From: Camelus dromedarius
Lineage: Eukaryota
Direction: 5' to 3'
DNA: 64,000 nucleotides
Assembly (NCBI RefSeq): GCF_036321535.1
Contig: NC_087446.1
Span: 56,110,001-56,174,000, forward strand
Under the pieces are notes generated by a model. That model searched no databases, was not told where the DNA came from, and was given only the letters and a program-made list of their open reading frames with translations. The position numbers and the translations under genes were made by a program. Positions 23,438 to 50,560 of the stretch are shown here, piece after piece. Every line of letters starts with the position of its first letter. Position 1 is the first letter of the stretch.

Positions 23438-24171
23438 CTGTAAAGTAAGGGGGTTGAAAGAATAATCTGACAGCCCTTGTAGCTTTCATAATCTTGGACT
23501 CGAAATAAGGGAAGAGAATCAGGGGCCCTAAATAAAGGGGGAAATCAGGGATTAGGAATGAGAGGAAAGAAAGCTGGAGCAGATGAGGGAGTGTGTGAAA
23601 CAGGCAGGGAAAGTTAGCTGTACTTGATTGACCTGGTAGCAAGAGGAATAAAGATTAGACCATAAGAATAACTGTCTAAAGGTCTAGGATAATAGAGGAA
23701 GGAAAGTCAGGGTTGGTAAAATTTTCTCTTTCCTGTACTTTACACAAAGGGGTTCTAGATTGGAGAAAGAGCCTGAAGTCAGGGTAATTCCTTGAATGGT
23801 CTCTAGGGAACCCCAGGCAAATCTCAGAATTTTTAAAACTTATTAATTAAAAATGTGAATAGGCAACCCATTACCATATTTCAAAAACCAAAAAGTTAAA
23901 TCCCAATGGCCTTTTNNNNNNNNNNNNNNNNNNNNNNNNNNNNNNNNNNNNNNNNNNNNNNNNNNNNNNNNNNNNNNNNNNNNNNNNNNNNNNNNNNNNN
24001 NNNNNNNNNNNNNNNNNNNNNNNNNNNNNNNNNNNNNNNNNNNNNNNNNNNNNNNNNNNNNNNNNNNNNNNNNNNNNNNNNNNNNNNNNNNNNNNNNNNN
24101 NNNNNNNNNNNNNNNNNNNNNNNNNNNNNNNNNNNNNNNNNNNNNNNNNNNNNNNNNNNNNNNNNNNNNNN

Positions 24172-25437
24172 GAAGGAATAGTCTTCAACAAATGGTTCTG
24201 GGCTGACTGGCTATCCACATACAAGAGAATGAAGTTAGACTCCTACCTCACAACATGTACAAAAGTTAGCTGAAAATGGACCAAAGACCTAAATATAAGT
24301 TCTTAAACTGTTAACTCTTAGAAGAAAATATAGGTATAAATCTTCATGATTTTGGATTTGAATTCTTAGCTATGATGTCAAAAGCACAAGCAATGAAAGA
24401 AAATAGATAAATTGAACTTCATCAAAATTAAAAACTTTTGTACATTAAAGGACACTATGAAGAGACTGAAAAGACAGGCCACAGGATGGGAGAAAATATT
24501 TGTAAATCATGTATCTGTCAGGTACACAAAATACATAAAGAAACCTTCCAACTCAACAACAAAAAAAGAAACAACACAATTTTTAAATGGGCAAAGGATC
24601 TAAATAGACGTTTCTTTAAAGAAGATAGACAAGTGGCTAACAACGGATAAAAAGATGCTCAGCACAATTAGTCATCAGGGAAATGCAAATCAAAACCACA
24701 GTGAGATACCACTTCACACCCACGGGGATGNNNNNNNNNNNNNNNNNNNNNNNNNNNNNNNNNNNNNNNNNNNNNNNNNNNNNNNNNNNNNNNNNNNNNN
24801 NNNNNNNNNNNNNNNNNNNNNNNNNNNNNNNNNNNNNNNNNNNNNNNNNNNNNNNNNNNNAACACAGAATGACCCTAGGAAAATTTCACCTCTAGGTATA
24901 TCCCTAAAAGAATTGAAAACAGGTGTTTAAACAAACGCAAACTTGGGCAGGAATGTTCTCAGCAGGACCATTCACAATATCTAAAAGTTAGAAACAACCC
25001 AAAAGTCCACCAACTGATGAAAGAATAAACAGAATGTGGCACATACATACAATGAAATATTATTTGGCCGTAAAAAGGAATGAAGTACCGATACATGCTA
25101 CAGCATCAATGAACCTTGAAAACATTATGTTAAACGAACAAAACCAGTCATGAACAATCACATATTATACAATTCCACCGATATGAAATAGCCTGACTAG
25201 ACAACTCCATAGAGACAGAAAGTGGATTAGTGGTTGCTGGCAGTTGGGAAGGAAGGTAGGATGAGTGACTACTTAACGGGCAGTTTTCTTTTGGGGTGAA
25301 GAAACAGTTCTGGAACCTGGTAGTGGTTATGGTTGCACAACATTGTGTGTGAATGTGCTTAATACTACTGAACTGTACACTTAAAGTGGTGTAAAATGAT
25401 AAATTTGATGTGCATTTCACCACAATAAAAAAAAAAT
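24172..25437 (+). mobile_element. 5'-truncated L1MB-like LINE-1 (ORF2 C-terminal remnants, 3' UTR, A tail)
   Basis: [23 protein letters not shown] and [13 protein letters not shown] are L1 ORF2 motifs; poly-A ending 25436; candidate 13-bp TSD caaaaagttaaat at 23889-23901 and 25438-25450. Confidence 0.9.
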
Positions 25438-25449
25438 CAAAAAGTTAAA

Positions 25450-26010
25450 TAAGAGTGAGAAATCTCTCGTTCCCATCCACCCATCCACCCCAGTTTCCAC
25501 ACCTACTTGAAATAACCACTGTTTATTATTATCTTTTGTTGCTTATCATCTTTCTAGAGATTTTTTATGTATATACAAACTAATAAAAACACATACATAC
25601 TCTTCAAAAGATAGAATCAAATGATAGAATTCTACAAATGATAGAAAACTTCACACCCAGTTTTGCATCTTGTTTTAACTACTTTTCTTGGAGAACCTGC
25701 TACCCAAGAAAATAAAGAACTCCCTTGTTCATTTTTACAGCCATACAGATTTCCATTGCATGGATGCATCACGTTATAGTTAGTCTCTTAGGATGGGAAT
25801 TTACGTTGTTTCCAATTGTTCACTATTAGAAACAGTGCTGCAATGAAAATTCAGGTATTTATCATTTCACGTGCTTGCAAGTGAATCTGCAGGATAAATT
25901 CCTGGAAGAGGATTTGTAGAGTTAATAAATAGGTATTATCTCTAATACTGGCAAGCAGTGTCGACATAACCTCTTGAGGGGCTGCACCAGTTTACATCCT
26001 CATCAGCAGG
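25450..26010 (-). mobile_element. Older L1ME-like fragment
   Basis: Reverse L1M text (ttgtttccaattgttcactattagaaacagtgctgcaatgaa; accagtttacatcctcatcagca). Confidence 0.65.
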
Positions 26011-27445
26011 GAATCTGAAAGGCCAGCTGACTCGTTGTCGGGAAGCATCTGCATCCTTCTCAGCCTGAGACTCAGTTTTAGATGCTCTGCGTGGAGTGAA
26101 GGGGTGGGGTGCCGAGTCGCTGACCACCGCCATCCTGCTCCCCACCATCTGTGACCCCAGGCTAAGTAGATCTATATTTAACGGAGCCTCCACCCTCCTG
26201 CGAGAGTCTGGCCCAGGGCTCAGCCTCTGCGTAACCTCAGCCTTGCTCGCTCTGCACGCCGGTGGTCAGGGGGGCTGGGGATGCCACAGCACAAAGCCCA
26301 GTTTGACTCATCTCTCACAGGTGGGGCTCCAGGCCACACTGCTTCCCCAGGATGCGACAGTCCCAGAGAGTCACTCAGCTCCCCTAAAGGGGGCCCTTGG
26401 TCTCCCCTCCCCAAACCCCTTCTCCCAGCTCTCTCACGTCTCCTCTCCTCGAGATACATGACCTACCACTTGCTTCTCTTAATCTGTCTCACCCTCTGTC
26501 TCCCTTGCTATTCAAAAATCTGATTACATCTCTTGGCGGCTTTTCTCTCCTCCCTTTCTTGACTGTTCTTTGTTTTACTTCCTTTCCCCCTCTGACCCTA
26601 ACCATAGAATGGCAGAATCTTCCATTCCAGCCCCTTATTTTTGCAAATGGAAACCTGAATCCCAGAGAGGTGAGTGACTTGCTCAAGGGCCCCCAGCGAA
26701 CTAAAGCAGAGTAGGGGCGGATGCAGGCCAGGCCTCTTCCTCTGTTCCAACCCAGGCACTATCTCCATGGAAAGTTGTGCCTTCTCCTCATTAGCCCCAG
26801 CGGGCTCTGCGTAATCCCCTTCTCTTTCCTCTGAGTCTGCTCCAGTCTTCCCTTCTCTCCCTCTGGGGGTGTCCATTTTCCTGGACTTAATTCTGACTTC
26901 AACACACACTTTATTGCCCCCTCAGCAGCTGAGGAACAGAGCATCTTCCCAACCCATCCAGATCTCCCAAGAGGTGGAACTCTTTGCTGCCCACTCAGAG
27001 TCACAAGGAGGGGACAGAACTGAGCTGCTGGGCCACAGGCTCCCAGGAGTGTAGGGTCTGTGGGAGAGGTTGGTGCCAGGCACAAGGCATTTAGCAGCGA
27101 TAAAGCTAGGGATTAATATTGGGAGACCCCTACCTTGTCATAATCCTTGGCACCTGGCTGGCAAGCAAATGACAGCACTCACACATCCCCCACCTGCTTT
27201 TTCTCTCTCCAGACCCACTCTTGGGAAAGTGATGCAAGAAAGATGGGTGGGGGAAGGGAGGGCTTGTGAAATGGGAAAAGGGACAGGGGATCTTGGGAAT
27301 GCAGAAAGGACTTCAGAGCCTTTCTCAAGTCTCAACTGAACCCTGGGTGTCTTCAGGTCAGAGCCCTCTTCCCAGGAGGTTGGGACCAGGTAGGGCCTGG
27401 GCCGGTAAAAAGAGGAGGCGGGAGGGCTGCTGCCCTGGTACTCAC

Positions 27446-27550
27446 AGGTGCGTGCGGAGCAGCCTTTCCTTCCTCCGGCGGTAGCAGCAGTAGCAGCAGC
27501 CTTTGTGTACTGATCTGGGAGGCTGCAGAGGAGGAAGTGACACGCCCCGG
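27446..27550 (-). other. ITGB7: ITGB7 non-coding exon 1 and TSS region
   Basis: Donor ACCT|gtgagt; text gtgtcacttcctcctctg...cagatcagtacacaaaggctgctgct resembles the human 5' end; ETS/PU.1-type GAGGAAGTGA at 27531-27540. Confidence 0.75.
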
Positions 27551-27699
27551 GGTGGGGGAGACTTGGGGGTGGTGGGGGTGACTGATCTAGGAGAAGGTGG
27601 AGCAGATAAGGGTGAAACTGGGCCAAGGAAGTTGATGCTACAGGGACCTGGAAGAAGGAAGCAACGGAGCTCATCTATTGAGTCCCTGTTACAGGCTGG

Positions 27700-27900
27700 G
27701 TGTGTCATGTTAAAATTAATTCTCACAACAACCTCAAGACACAGGTGTTAACATTCCCCCCAGCCCTCTGATTTTAGAGATGGAGAGGCTTTGGGGTAAG
27801 AAGTAAAGAATTTTGCCCAAGGTCACATAATTAGCAACTAGCTGTTCCAGGTTGAAATCCAGGTCTGCCTGCCTCCCAAATTGATGAGCTCTCCACTTCC
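27700..27900 (-). mobile_element. MIR SINE
   Basis: ttgcccaaggtcacataattagc...tccaggtctgcct. Confidence 0.7.
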
Positions 27901-27999
27901 TCATAGAAGAACATGTTAGAAAGACATATGGAGGCAATAAGTACTGGAGAGAGGAGGGAATTCGTGACTTGCTGATAACCCAGTGCCCACTGTATTACA

Positions 28000-28215
28000 G
28001 TAGGTGCTTAACTACATGGACTCTGGAGCCAGACTGCCCACGTTCAAATCCCAGCTCTGTTGCTTACTAGTAGTGCGACCCTAGGGTAAGTTACTTACTC
28101 TTCCCGTGGCTGTTTTCTCATCTGTTAAGTGGAACTCCTAGGATTGCCGTGAGCATTAAATGAGATTATTTCTACCAGTTGCTTAGAAGAGGACGGGCAC
28201 TTACTAAGAGCTGGA
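28000..28215 (+). mobile_element. MIR SINE
   Basis: ctctggagccagactgcc...ttcaaatcccagctctg; near consensus. Confidence 0.85.
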
Positions 28216-28276
28216 TAAGAGAATCAGTGGATGAGAAGTCCTGGGGGTGGAGAGGCTTTGAGAATTCAAGGTCCAG

Positions 28277-28414
28277 GAGTAGAGAGTATAGCTCAAGTGA
28301 TAGAGCACATGCTTGGCATACACAAGGTCCTGGGTTCAATCCCCAGTACCTCCTCTAAAAATAAATAAATAAATAAACCTAATTCCCATCCCACCCCCAC
28401 CCCCAAAAAAAAGA
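28277..28414 (+). mobile_element. tRNA-Ala-derived SINE (camelid vic-1-like)
   Basis: A box TAGCTCAAGTG, B box GGTTCAATCC, (AAAT)n tail; 14-bp TSD aattcaaggtccag at 28263-28276 and 28415-28428. Confidence 0.85.
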
Positions 28415-28820
28415 AATTCAAGGTCCAGAGAGCTGAGAATTTGGAGAGAGAGAGGCACAGGGCAAGGCTCAGAGGATGAGACTAGGAGGCCAAGGAGCCC
28501 GGGACAGGGGTAGAGGACACGAAATGGGCGAAGCTGGAGCAGGGCAAAAACGAGGCCCTCCGGCAGGGAGAAGAAGTTGAGGCCCACACTTGACCACAGG
28601 GATTTTTGAGAAGGAACTGGTTGTGATGTCTGTGTTCACAGGTCTGTCTTCTCTACAGGGACTGACTGAAGCCACAGTGCCTGTCTCCAAGCAGGTGTCC
28701 AGTGAACATCAGATGGGCTGGAGGAGTCCAGTTGCTGGAGGAGCAACTGGGGAGAAGAGGGCTCCTCTTCTGGGTGGGCTTCAGCTGGCTGAGACCTCTT
28801 GCCCTTCCCCCACAACCATG

Positions 28821-28834
28821 GTTGCCATGGCAAC
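28821..28834. promoter_or_regulatory. Perfect RFX X-box GTTGCCATGGCAAC
   Basis: 14-bp palindrome identical to the canonical RFX site; binding not shown. Confidence 0.7.
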
Positions 28835-29709
28835 GACCCCTCCTTCCCCATAGGCCCTGTGGTTTCCTCTAGAGCTTCTTTCACTTTCTTCTTCTGCTTT
28901 TCCTCTCTCCTCTCCTCCCCTACTCCCACATCCTCAACCTCTCCCCCATATGCACAGGTCATTGGTGAAGACAGCCAGGCTCGAGGTAAGCAAGGCCCTG
29001 GGCAGGGGGTGGCTGTTGAGGAGGTCACAGAGGGCAAGGGGAAGAGTCCAGGGGCGCAGTGATAGAGGCCAAAGGAAGCGGGGCTGAGGCTGGGGTGTTG
29101 CAGGGGTTAAGGCATGCAGGGGCATGGAGAGATATTAGGACAGATGGTAACAGAGGGGGTCCTGGAGGGCAATTGGGTCATGGGGAGGGGGTGGGGTCAG
29201 AAGGAGCAGGGGCAGTGACTCAGAAGGTAACAGTGGGGTCACAGAGGGTGGGCGCCTCATGGGGTGAGGGGTTGGCACCAAACAGAAACACTGTAACTTA
29301 GATGCACATTGTGGTTCTTGTCTTCTGGGGCCAGGGACCCTCATGAGAACCAAATGAAACTTCAATGACCACCCCCCCACCCCACCTCCCAAGAGAAGGG
29401 CAGATATGCAGAATACATAACTGGGGTTGGGACAGCCGAAAGACCTTTGAGGCCCAGTCATACCTTCCCAGAGGTCCACAGGGTCCAATCCAAGCACCCA
29501 TACCTGGTGGCTGTGGGAGGCCCAGACACTCAGGGTGGGCCCGTGTGGGCTCCTTTCCCCCACCCAGGTACGTTTCATCCTATTTCTTTAGTTCCCCTAA
29601 ACTAAAAAAGCTGCAAAACCCACCCTCCTCACCCAGTCCCTCTCCAGGTCAGCTGGTCATTTCCACTACTTCCTCCTAGAGGGAGCCACATGATGTGAGT
29701 TTCCATCAC

Positions 29710-29715
29710 TTTATT
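29710..29715 (-). terminator. RARG: RARG polyadenylation signal AATAAA
   Basis: tttatt on +, about 1.1 kb after the stop codon. Confidence 0.75.
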
Positions 29716-30798
29716 TTGCAAAAATAGAAAACTCAGCAATATGCAATACAGCGGGGTGGAGGGGCGATGTAAACAGAGGGGAGGGGACAGCACCCTGACC
29801 CCCCCAGAGAAAAAGGGGAGCCAGTGGGAATCTTATTTGGCAGCTAAATACAAACTGGGGATTGGAGGAAGAAGGGAGGGGTCATAGGGGCCCTGGGCTC
29901 CCCCTCCCAAGACCCCTGGAGGAAGGGGTCAATTCCAGGGTGTAAACAAAAGCTAATAAATAAATAGAGGCTTCCTCTGGGTCAGGGTGGGATCAGCTAA
30001 GCAGTGCCCACCCCCCTCTCCCTGGGCCAAGCTGCTCTGGGGGTCAAGGGGGGAAGGCACTAGGGGGAGAGGGATCCCTTGGCCCCTCTGTAGTGTAAGA
30101 GGGTCCCTGCCCCATGGCTGAGATGAGGGGCAGGGGGAGCCCAAGGCACATGACAGGGCTGGGGGCAGGGCCTGTAACGCAGGGCAGAGGGTAAACTCTG
30201 GGCCCAAGCAAAGAGGTGCAGAATGGACCTACATCTGTCCCTTTCACCCTCTGACCCCCCCCACAGAAATGCAGGGCCCAGCCTGCCCCACTCTGACCTG
30301 GCACGAGAATGGGGCACAGTGGGCAGCGTGCACCTGGCTGGTGCCTTACGCAGCATGAGGCACCAAGGGCGGGGGCAAGAGGGTGGGCTCAGCCCTCCCG
30401 CTATGCCCCACTTTTGGTCTCTAGTGTTCCTGTTTGCTCCCAGAAGCCTAAGCACCGGGCAGAGGAAGGGGCTGTGGAAGGGCAGGGTTTTCCTCCTGCC
30501 CTGGGGAGCCTGGGACCCTGGTGTCTAGGGGCAGTGCTGAGGTTTTAGAGTCCAAACCCAGGCTCACCCCTCTGCCCTCTGTCCTGGAAGGAACAGGGTA
30601 GGCCCCCAAGACTGGGGAGGGAGCCGGTTAGAGCAGGAAGGGGATGAACACAGAGGCACCCCTGGAAACTTTGGCAAAAACAAGGAGCTCATTGGAAGGG
30701 ATGGGGAGAGGGCAGAGCAGGTCCTCCCCCAGTCACTGGTGGTGTCTGAGAGATGGTCAGTCTGCTGCCTGGAACCCCAACCCCCACAGCAGGGGAAG

Positions 30799-45930
<15,132 letters not shown>

Positions 45931-46329
45931 GGCAGCTGCAGTGTGGGAGGCTGAATTCCCTGGGGTCTGCAGTGGGCGGGGGACTTCTTCAGCCACAGCC
46001 CCCGCCCATGCCCACTGCCCTGGCCTGGGAGGCTCCGTGCCCGCCCTGCCTGGCCTGCTCACTGGGTCTCCAAGAGTCCTAAGGAGAAAGAGAGGAAAAG
46101 GAGGGATCAGAGAACGATCACGCTGAGGTTCCAAGCCCCATTGCCCTCTCCCAGGTGCAGTCTTTTTCCTCTTTGCTGCTGGGGTCTGGACTGCCCAGGC
46201 TCAGGCCTGTAGGGGAGGCAGGACAGATGCTTATGCAGGCTCAGAGAAACTTTCCCCGAAGGGTAAATTGAGTTTCTAAGGTGAATGATAGTCTTCAGAC
46301 TCCTGGCAGATAGGACTCCTAAGCTGAGA

Positions 46330-46500
46330 AGTGATCATTAAGTATCACCATGGGGCTGGACAACTGATTTAACCCTGACATCAATCCTGTGAAGTTGGAA
46401 TTATGATCCCATTTCACAGATGAGTAAACTGAGGTTAAGTGACTGGTTTAAGGTTGCATGGCTGTAAATGGTGGAGCCAAGTTTCACACTCTATCAACCT
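46330..46500 (-). mobile_element. MIR SINE
   Basis: cccatttcacagatgagtaaactgaggttaagtgac. Confidence 0.75.
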
Positions 46501-46549
46501 GGAGAAAGCAAACATATCTCTGTTGTAGCTTGAGGGCACTACACCTCTC

Positions 46550-46770
46550 TGAAACACAGGCTCTGGAGCCAGATGACCTGAATTGATCCCCACCACTCGC
46601 CAGCTGCAGGACCTTGGGCATATTAATCTCTCTGTGCCTCAATTCCCTCATTTGTCAGTTGGGAATAATAATAGGGGCACCTCCTAAGGTTGTTTTGAGG
46701 ATTAAATAATTTAACATATGTAAAATGTTTAGGATAATATAGGGCACGTGCTAAATGCTATATGTGTTTC
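46550..46770 (+). mobile_element. MIR SINE
   Basis: ggctctggagccaga...ctctgtgcctcaattccctcatttgt...gaggattaaat. Confidence 0.85.
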
Positions 46771-46811
46771 ACCCTATTTGTCTTGGTACCTTCTCTTCCT
46801 CCATACTTCTC

Positions 46812-46926
46812 TTTTTTTCATTTTTAATTAATTAATTAATTAATTTTTAAACGGAGGTACTGGGGATTGAACCCGGGACCTTGCACATGCTAAGCATGCG
46901 CTCTACCGCTGAGCTATACCCTCCCC
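46812..46926 (-). mobile_element. Young tRNA-derived vic-1-like SINE
   Basis: CpGs retained; intact A and B boxes; (AATT)n tail. Confidence 0.85.
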
Positions 46927-49900
46927 ACAATACCTTTCTTAATTTGCATTTCCTTCTCTTTCCATCTTCCTCAGTACTCCCTCTACCAGTTTCCTTTTCC
47001 AATTCTGTCTGTCTCCAATTACCTCTCTTCAAATCCACAGATGTTGATGGAAGCCCCTCTGTGTGCCAGGTAGGAAGGATGCTAGGAAACTCCTCTCCCT
47101 GTCCTCTGCTTACTTTGCTTCTCCATTTCTTCTGTCTCTTCTAGGAAGCCCTCCTGCATCCTGCCTGCCCTCAAATGTAGCATGCCACCAGGGATTTTTA
47201 ACCTGAGTTTAGGGGAATGGGAGGGGGAGGGGAAGGAAGAAGAAAGGAAGTGGGAATCCTAGAGCCAGGCAGGAGGTCTCTCTCCTGATGCTCTGACAAG
47301 GGAAAGGTTGGCTTTCCCAGGAGCCTCAGAACCACCCAGCACTCTAGGAAGTTAGGGGCTGGGGAAGGAGAGTCACCCCAGCCTGGGCACCTCCTCTACC
47401 CACCAGAACCTTAATGGACTGAGATGAAAAAGGTCAGAAAAGAACCAAGAGAAAGTGAAACACATAGTGTCCTGGGGGTGGGCAGGCCCAGAGGTAGGTA
47501 ATGGGTATTTCTGCATCTCTTTCCATCAGTCTTTGCTTCTAAGATCAGTATCTCTCAATCTTTGTACCTCTGCTTTTTTTTTCTTCCTTTCTTTTCTATC
47601 TCTCATCTTCCTTGGCCTTCAAGCTCCTGAGGGTAAATTGTCCTGCAGGTTACAGGAACTCTGACACCAAACCACCATCCTTCACCCAGTCCCAATGCAT
47701 GAAATAGCCCCTGCCCCTCACTAGGCACCACCCACATCCACAGCACCCTGACTCTTCAGCCCAGTGTCTCCCCAAGCCCTAAAAGCTTCAGCTCCGAGCC
47801 CCCAGGGTCCCTCTCCTTTTCCTTCCCCTATTCCCTAAAGTCCTCATCCCTGGTTAAACCCAGGTAGAGCCAGGAGTTCGGGGCCCCTGAGGCCCCTGGG
47901 CCATAGCTCAACAGGCTGGGCCACATTCCAGGTGGATTAACCCCTCCAATGCCAAGGGTGAGAAGCTACTAGAGGTCCCCCCCATCCTCCCCAGACTGGC
48001 TTAGACTGGGAACCTGGCTCTGCACTCCAGCATTTGTTGTCTTTGCTTCTCACCTGTAGGTGGGAAACAGAGACCTGAGGGTGGGGCAGGAGTACTTTGG
48101 GGGTCCCAGAAAAGGATGCTCAGGCTCCTGGTCCTTACCGAGGAATGAAGTTGGAAGTGAGCAAAGGACAGCCCAGGTCTCTCTGGCCTTCCTCCTATTT
48201 TGCCTCAGAGAAGGGACTTGAGAATTGAGTGAAGAGAGAAAGGGGACAGATTCATCCCAGTTCTGAGCCTTGGTTTCTCTGCCTTGGCTGTGAAGGGGAC
48301 AGCCTGAAGTCCAGATTAGAGGAAGGGACCAAGTAATTGAACACAATGGCACAGAGAGTAAAAGAAAATCCTAAAGTAGGGACACAGAGGCCTGGGTTCT
48401 TTAGGGGACCTATGGAAGGGAGAATACACTTCTCTCCTCTCAAGATGCCCCCTCAGATGGAGGGGGGCTGACTGGGGGAAAGGGGCCCTTACAAAGCTGT
48501 CTCTTAGAGCTGAGGTGGAGTTGAGGGGAAGGCATGGATGAAGGGGGCTGCCGGATGGGGGGGNNNNNNNNNNNNNNNNNNNNNNNNNNNNNNNNNNNNN
48601 NNNNNNNNNNNNNNNNNNNNNNNNNNNNNNNNNNNNNNNNNNNNNNNNNNNNNNNNNNNNNNNNNNNNNNNNNNNNNNNNNNNNNNNNNNNNNNNNNNNN
48701 NNNNNNNNNNNNNNNNNNNNNNNNNNNNNNNNNNNNNNNNNNNNNNNNNNNTAGTGGTGGCCCCGGTTTTCCTGGCCTTGTGCCACCCTTGGGGGAGTCC
48801 AGACCCTTGAGTCTCCACCTCCCATCCCCAGGTGCCCTCCCTCTACCTCACTGGCCCCAGGGAGGGGCAGTGCCCAGGAGGTAGGCAGGCAGGCAGGCAG
48901 TGCCAGTGGAATGTGTGTGGGCATCAGAGGGCACGGGTAGGGTGGGGCAGAGGGGGGAACTGGAGGTGCCAGTTAGGTGGCTTTCTGAGCCAGGGGTGGG
49001 GGGGGGTGCCCTGTGCTGCCTACTAGGCTCTAAGCCACAGCATGTGTATGCATGTGTGTGTGTGTTTCTCTATTTGGGATACCCAGGCTCCAGGCACCCT
49101 GCACACACTGCCTCCTGCCCCCTCCCCTGCCCTGTCTTTTCTTGCCTCAAAGATATGGGACACCACCTGTGGTCATCAACCCCAAGTCAGCATCTGAGGA
49201 GTGACAGAAGTAAGGGCAGGAGCCTCAGACTTGAAGACCGGGATTGCAGCTGCCCTTGGACGTGGGCCTTGAAGGGGCACAGTCATCTCAGCTTCTTGTC
49301 CTACAGACCCCTCCTCAGGCTCCCCTGCTCCCCTAACCTTGCACACTCTTACTCCCTGGCCACCTGCAGAGATTCCCTCCTACACACTGAGTCAGGCTGA
49401 GGGAACTGAACTGTAAGTGCTGGAGGCAGAGAGGCAGCGTCCGCGGGGCTCCGGGACTGGGACTCCTGGATCCCCGCCCCAGTCTCCCTGATCTTCTTTT
49501 GTTGCATTCAGACTCCCCTCAAGAATACTCCCGAGGAGCCCCCCACCTTGGCTGGAGGGAGCCAAGACTCACACCCAAGGTTGGGGATATGAGAGAGGGA
49601 ATCCTGACTGCGCTTCAAGGGAACTTCATAGACCCCTATCCTATCCACTTGTCTCTCCAAACTTCTGGACCCAGAGGGCCAGGATCACTTGCCTCTTGGA
49701 CCTTTTCCTTGCCCTTTTGATGTCCGAGCTGTGCCATTCCACTAGGGAAGGAGGAACTTGAACCAGCGTGGACCAAAAATCCTCCCCTCAGATTCTCCAG
49801 GGGAAGCCTGAAGAAAGGCGAGTGGTAGACTTTCCCCGCAGGAGGAAACCCTGTCTCCCCTCCCACTCCAGGCACAAAAGTAGGGTAGAAGCCCCCTGGC

Positions 49901-50182
49901 TGAAGACTTCCCCCACAGCTCTTCCCCGACTCCTCACCGCAAAAAAAAGGGTGGATAAAGCCCAGCTCTGGCCAGTCTGTCTAAAATCTTCCCCATTCCC
50001 TTCCCACATCAGGGCTGACCCCCAAGTCGGGGCCAGGAAGCCCCCCTCCACCCCCGCGGACGGCCGGACCAGTCCGGGGAGGGACTGACCCGCGTCGCTC
50101 CCCGGCGCCCCCGCCCCCGGCCCATCTCACCGGAGGACCCGGGCGTCCGCGGCGGCCGAGCCTGCTTCCCCGCCTGACTCAC

Positions 50183-50560
50183 CTGGAGGGGGAGGGAGGG
50201 GGAAGGGAGGCCGCCGAGCCCCGAGGTCCCGGCGTCGGGCGGTCGCGGGGATGGAGCGTCGCAGTGGCAGGGGCTGGCGGTGATGGGGGGCTCTGGGGGG
50301 GCACGGGCTCTAGGCNNNNNNNNNNNNNNNNNNNNNNNNNNNNNNNNNNNNNNNNNNNNNNNNNNNNNNNNNNNNNNNNNNNNNNNNNNNNNNNNNNNNN
50401 NNNNNNNNNNNNNNNNNNNNNNNNNNNNNNNNNNNNNNNNNNNNNNNNNNNNNNNNNNNNNNNNNNNNNNNCAGCCTGGCTCCCTCCTCCCCCTCCCGCC
50501 CTCGCTCCTCCCTCCCCTGCCGCCTGCCCCTGCCCGGCTCCCTCCTCGGTGCCCTGGGGC
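50183..50560 (-). other. RARG: Probable RAR-gamma1 non-coding exon 1 in a CpG island (about 50000-50650), interrupted by an N gap
   Basis: Consensus donor CAG|GTGAGT at 50183/50182 in a CpG-rich region; 5' end uncertain. Confidence 0.6.

Noticed and set aside
24412-24930. ORFs with L1 ORF2-like peptides
   Set aside because: Fragmented, frameshifted remnants of a dead L1
29022-29037. AGGTCA-caga-GGGCAA as a nuclear-receptor element near ITGB7
   Set aside because: Second half-site is poor and the spacing is DR4; such matches are common by chance
46850-46926. tRNA-Ala-like sequence (also 28281-28355 and 45210-45289)
   Set aside because: Followed by A/T-rich tails, multi-copy, and one copy has a clear TSD: SINEs rather than tRNA genes
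49330-49520. Possible RARG non-coding exon 2
   Set aside because: Expected near here from the human gene, but I could not assign convincing splice sites
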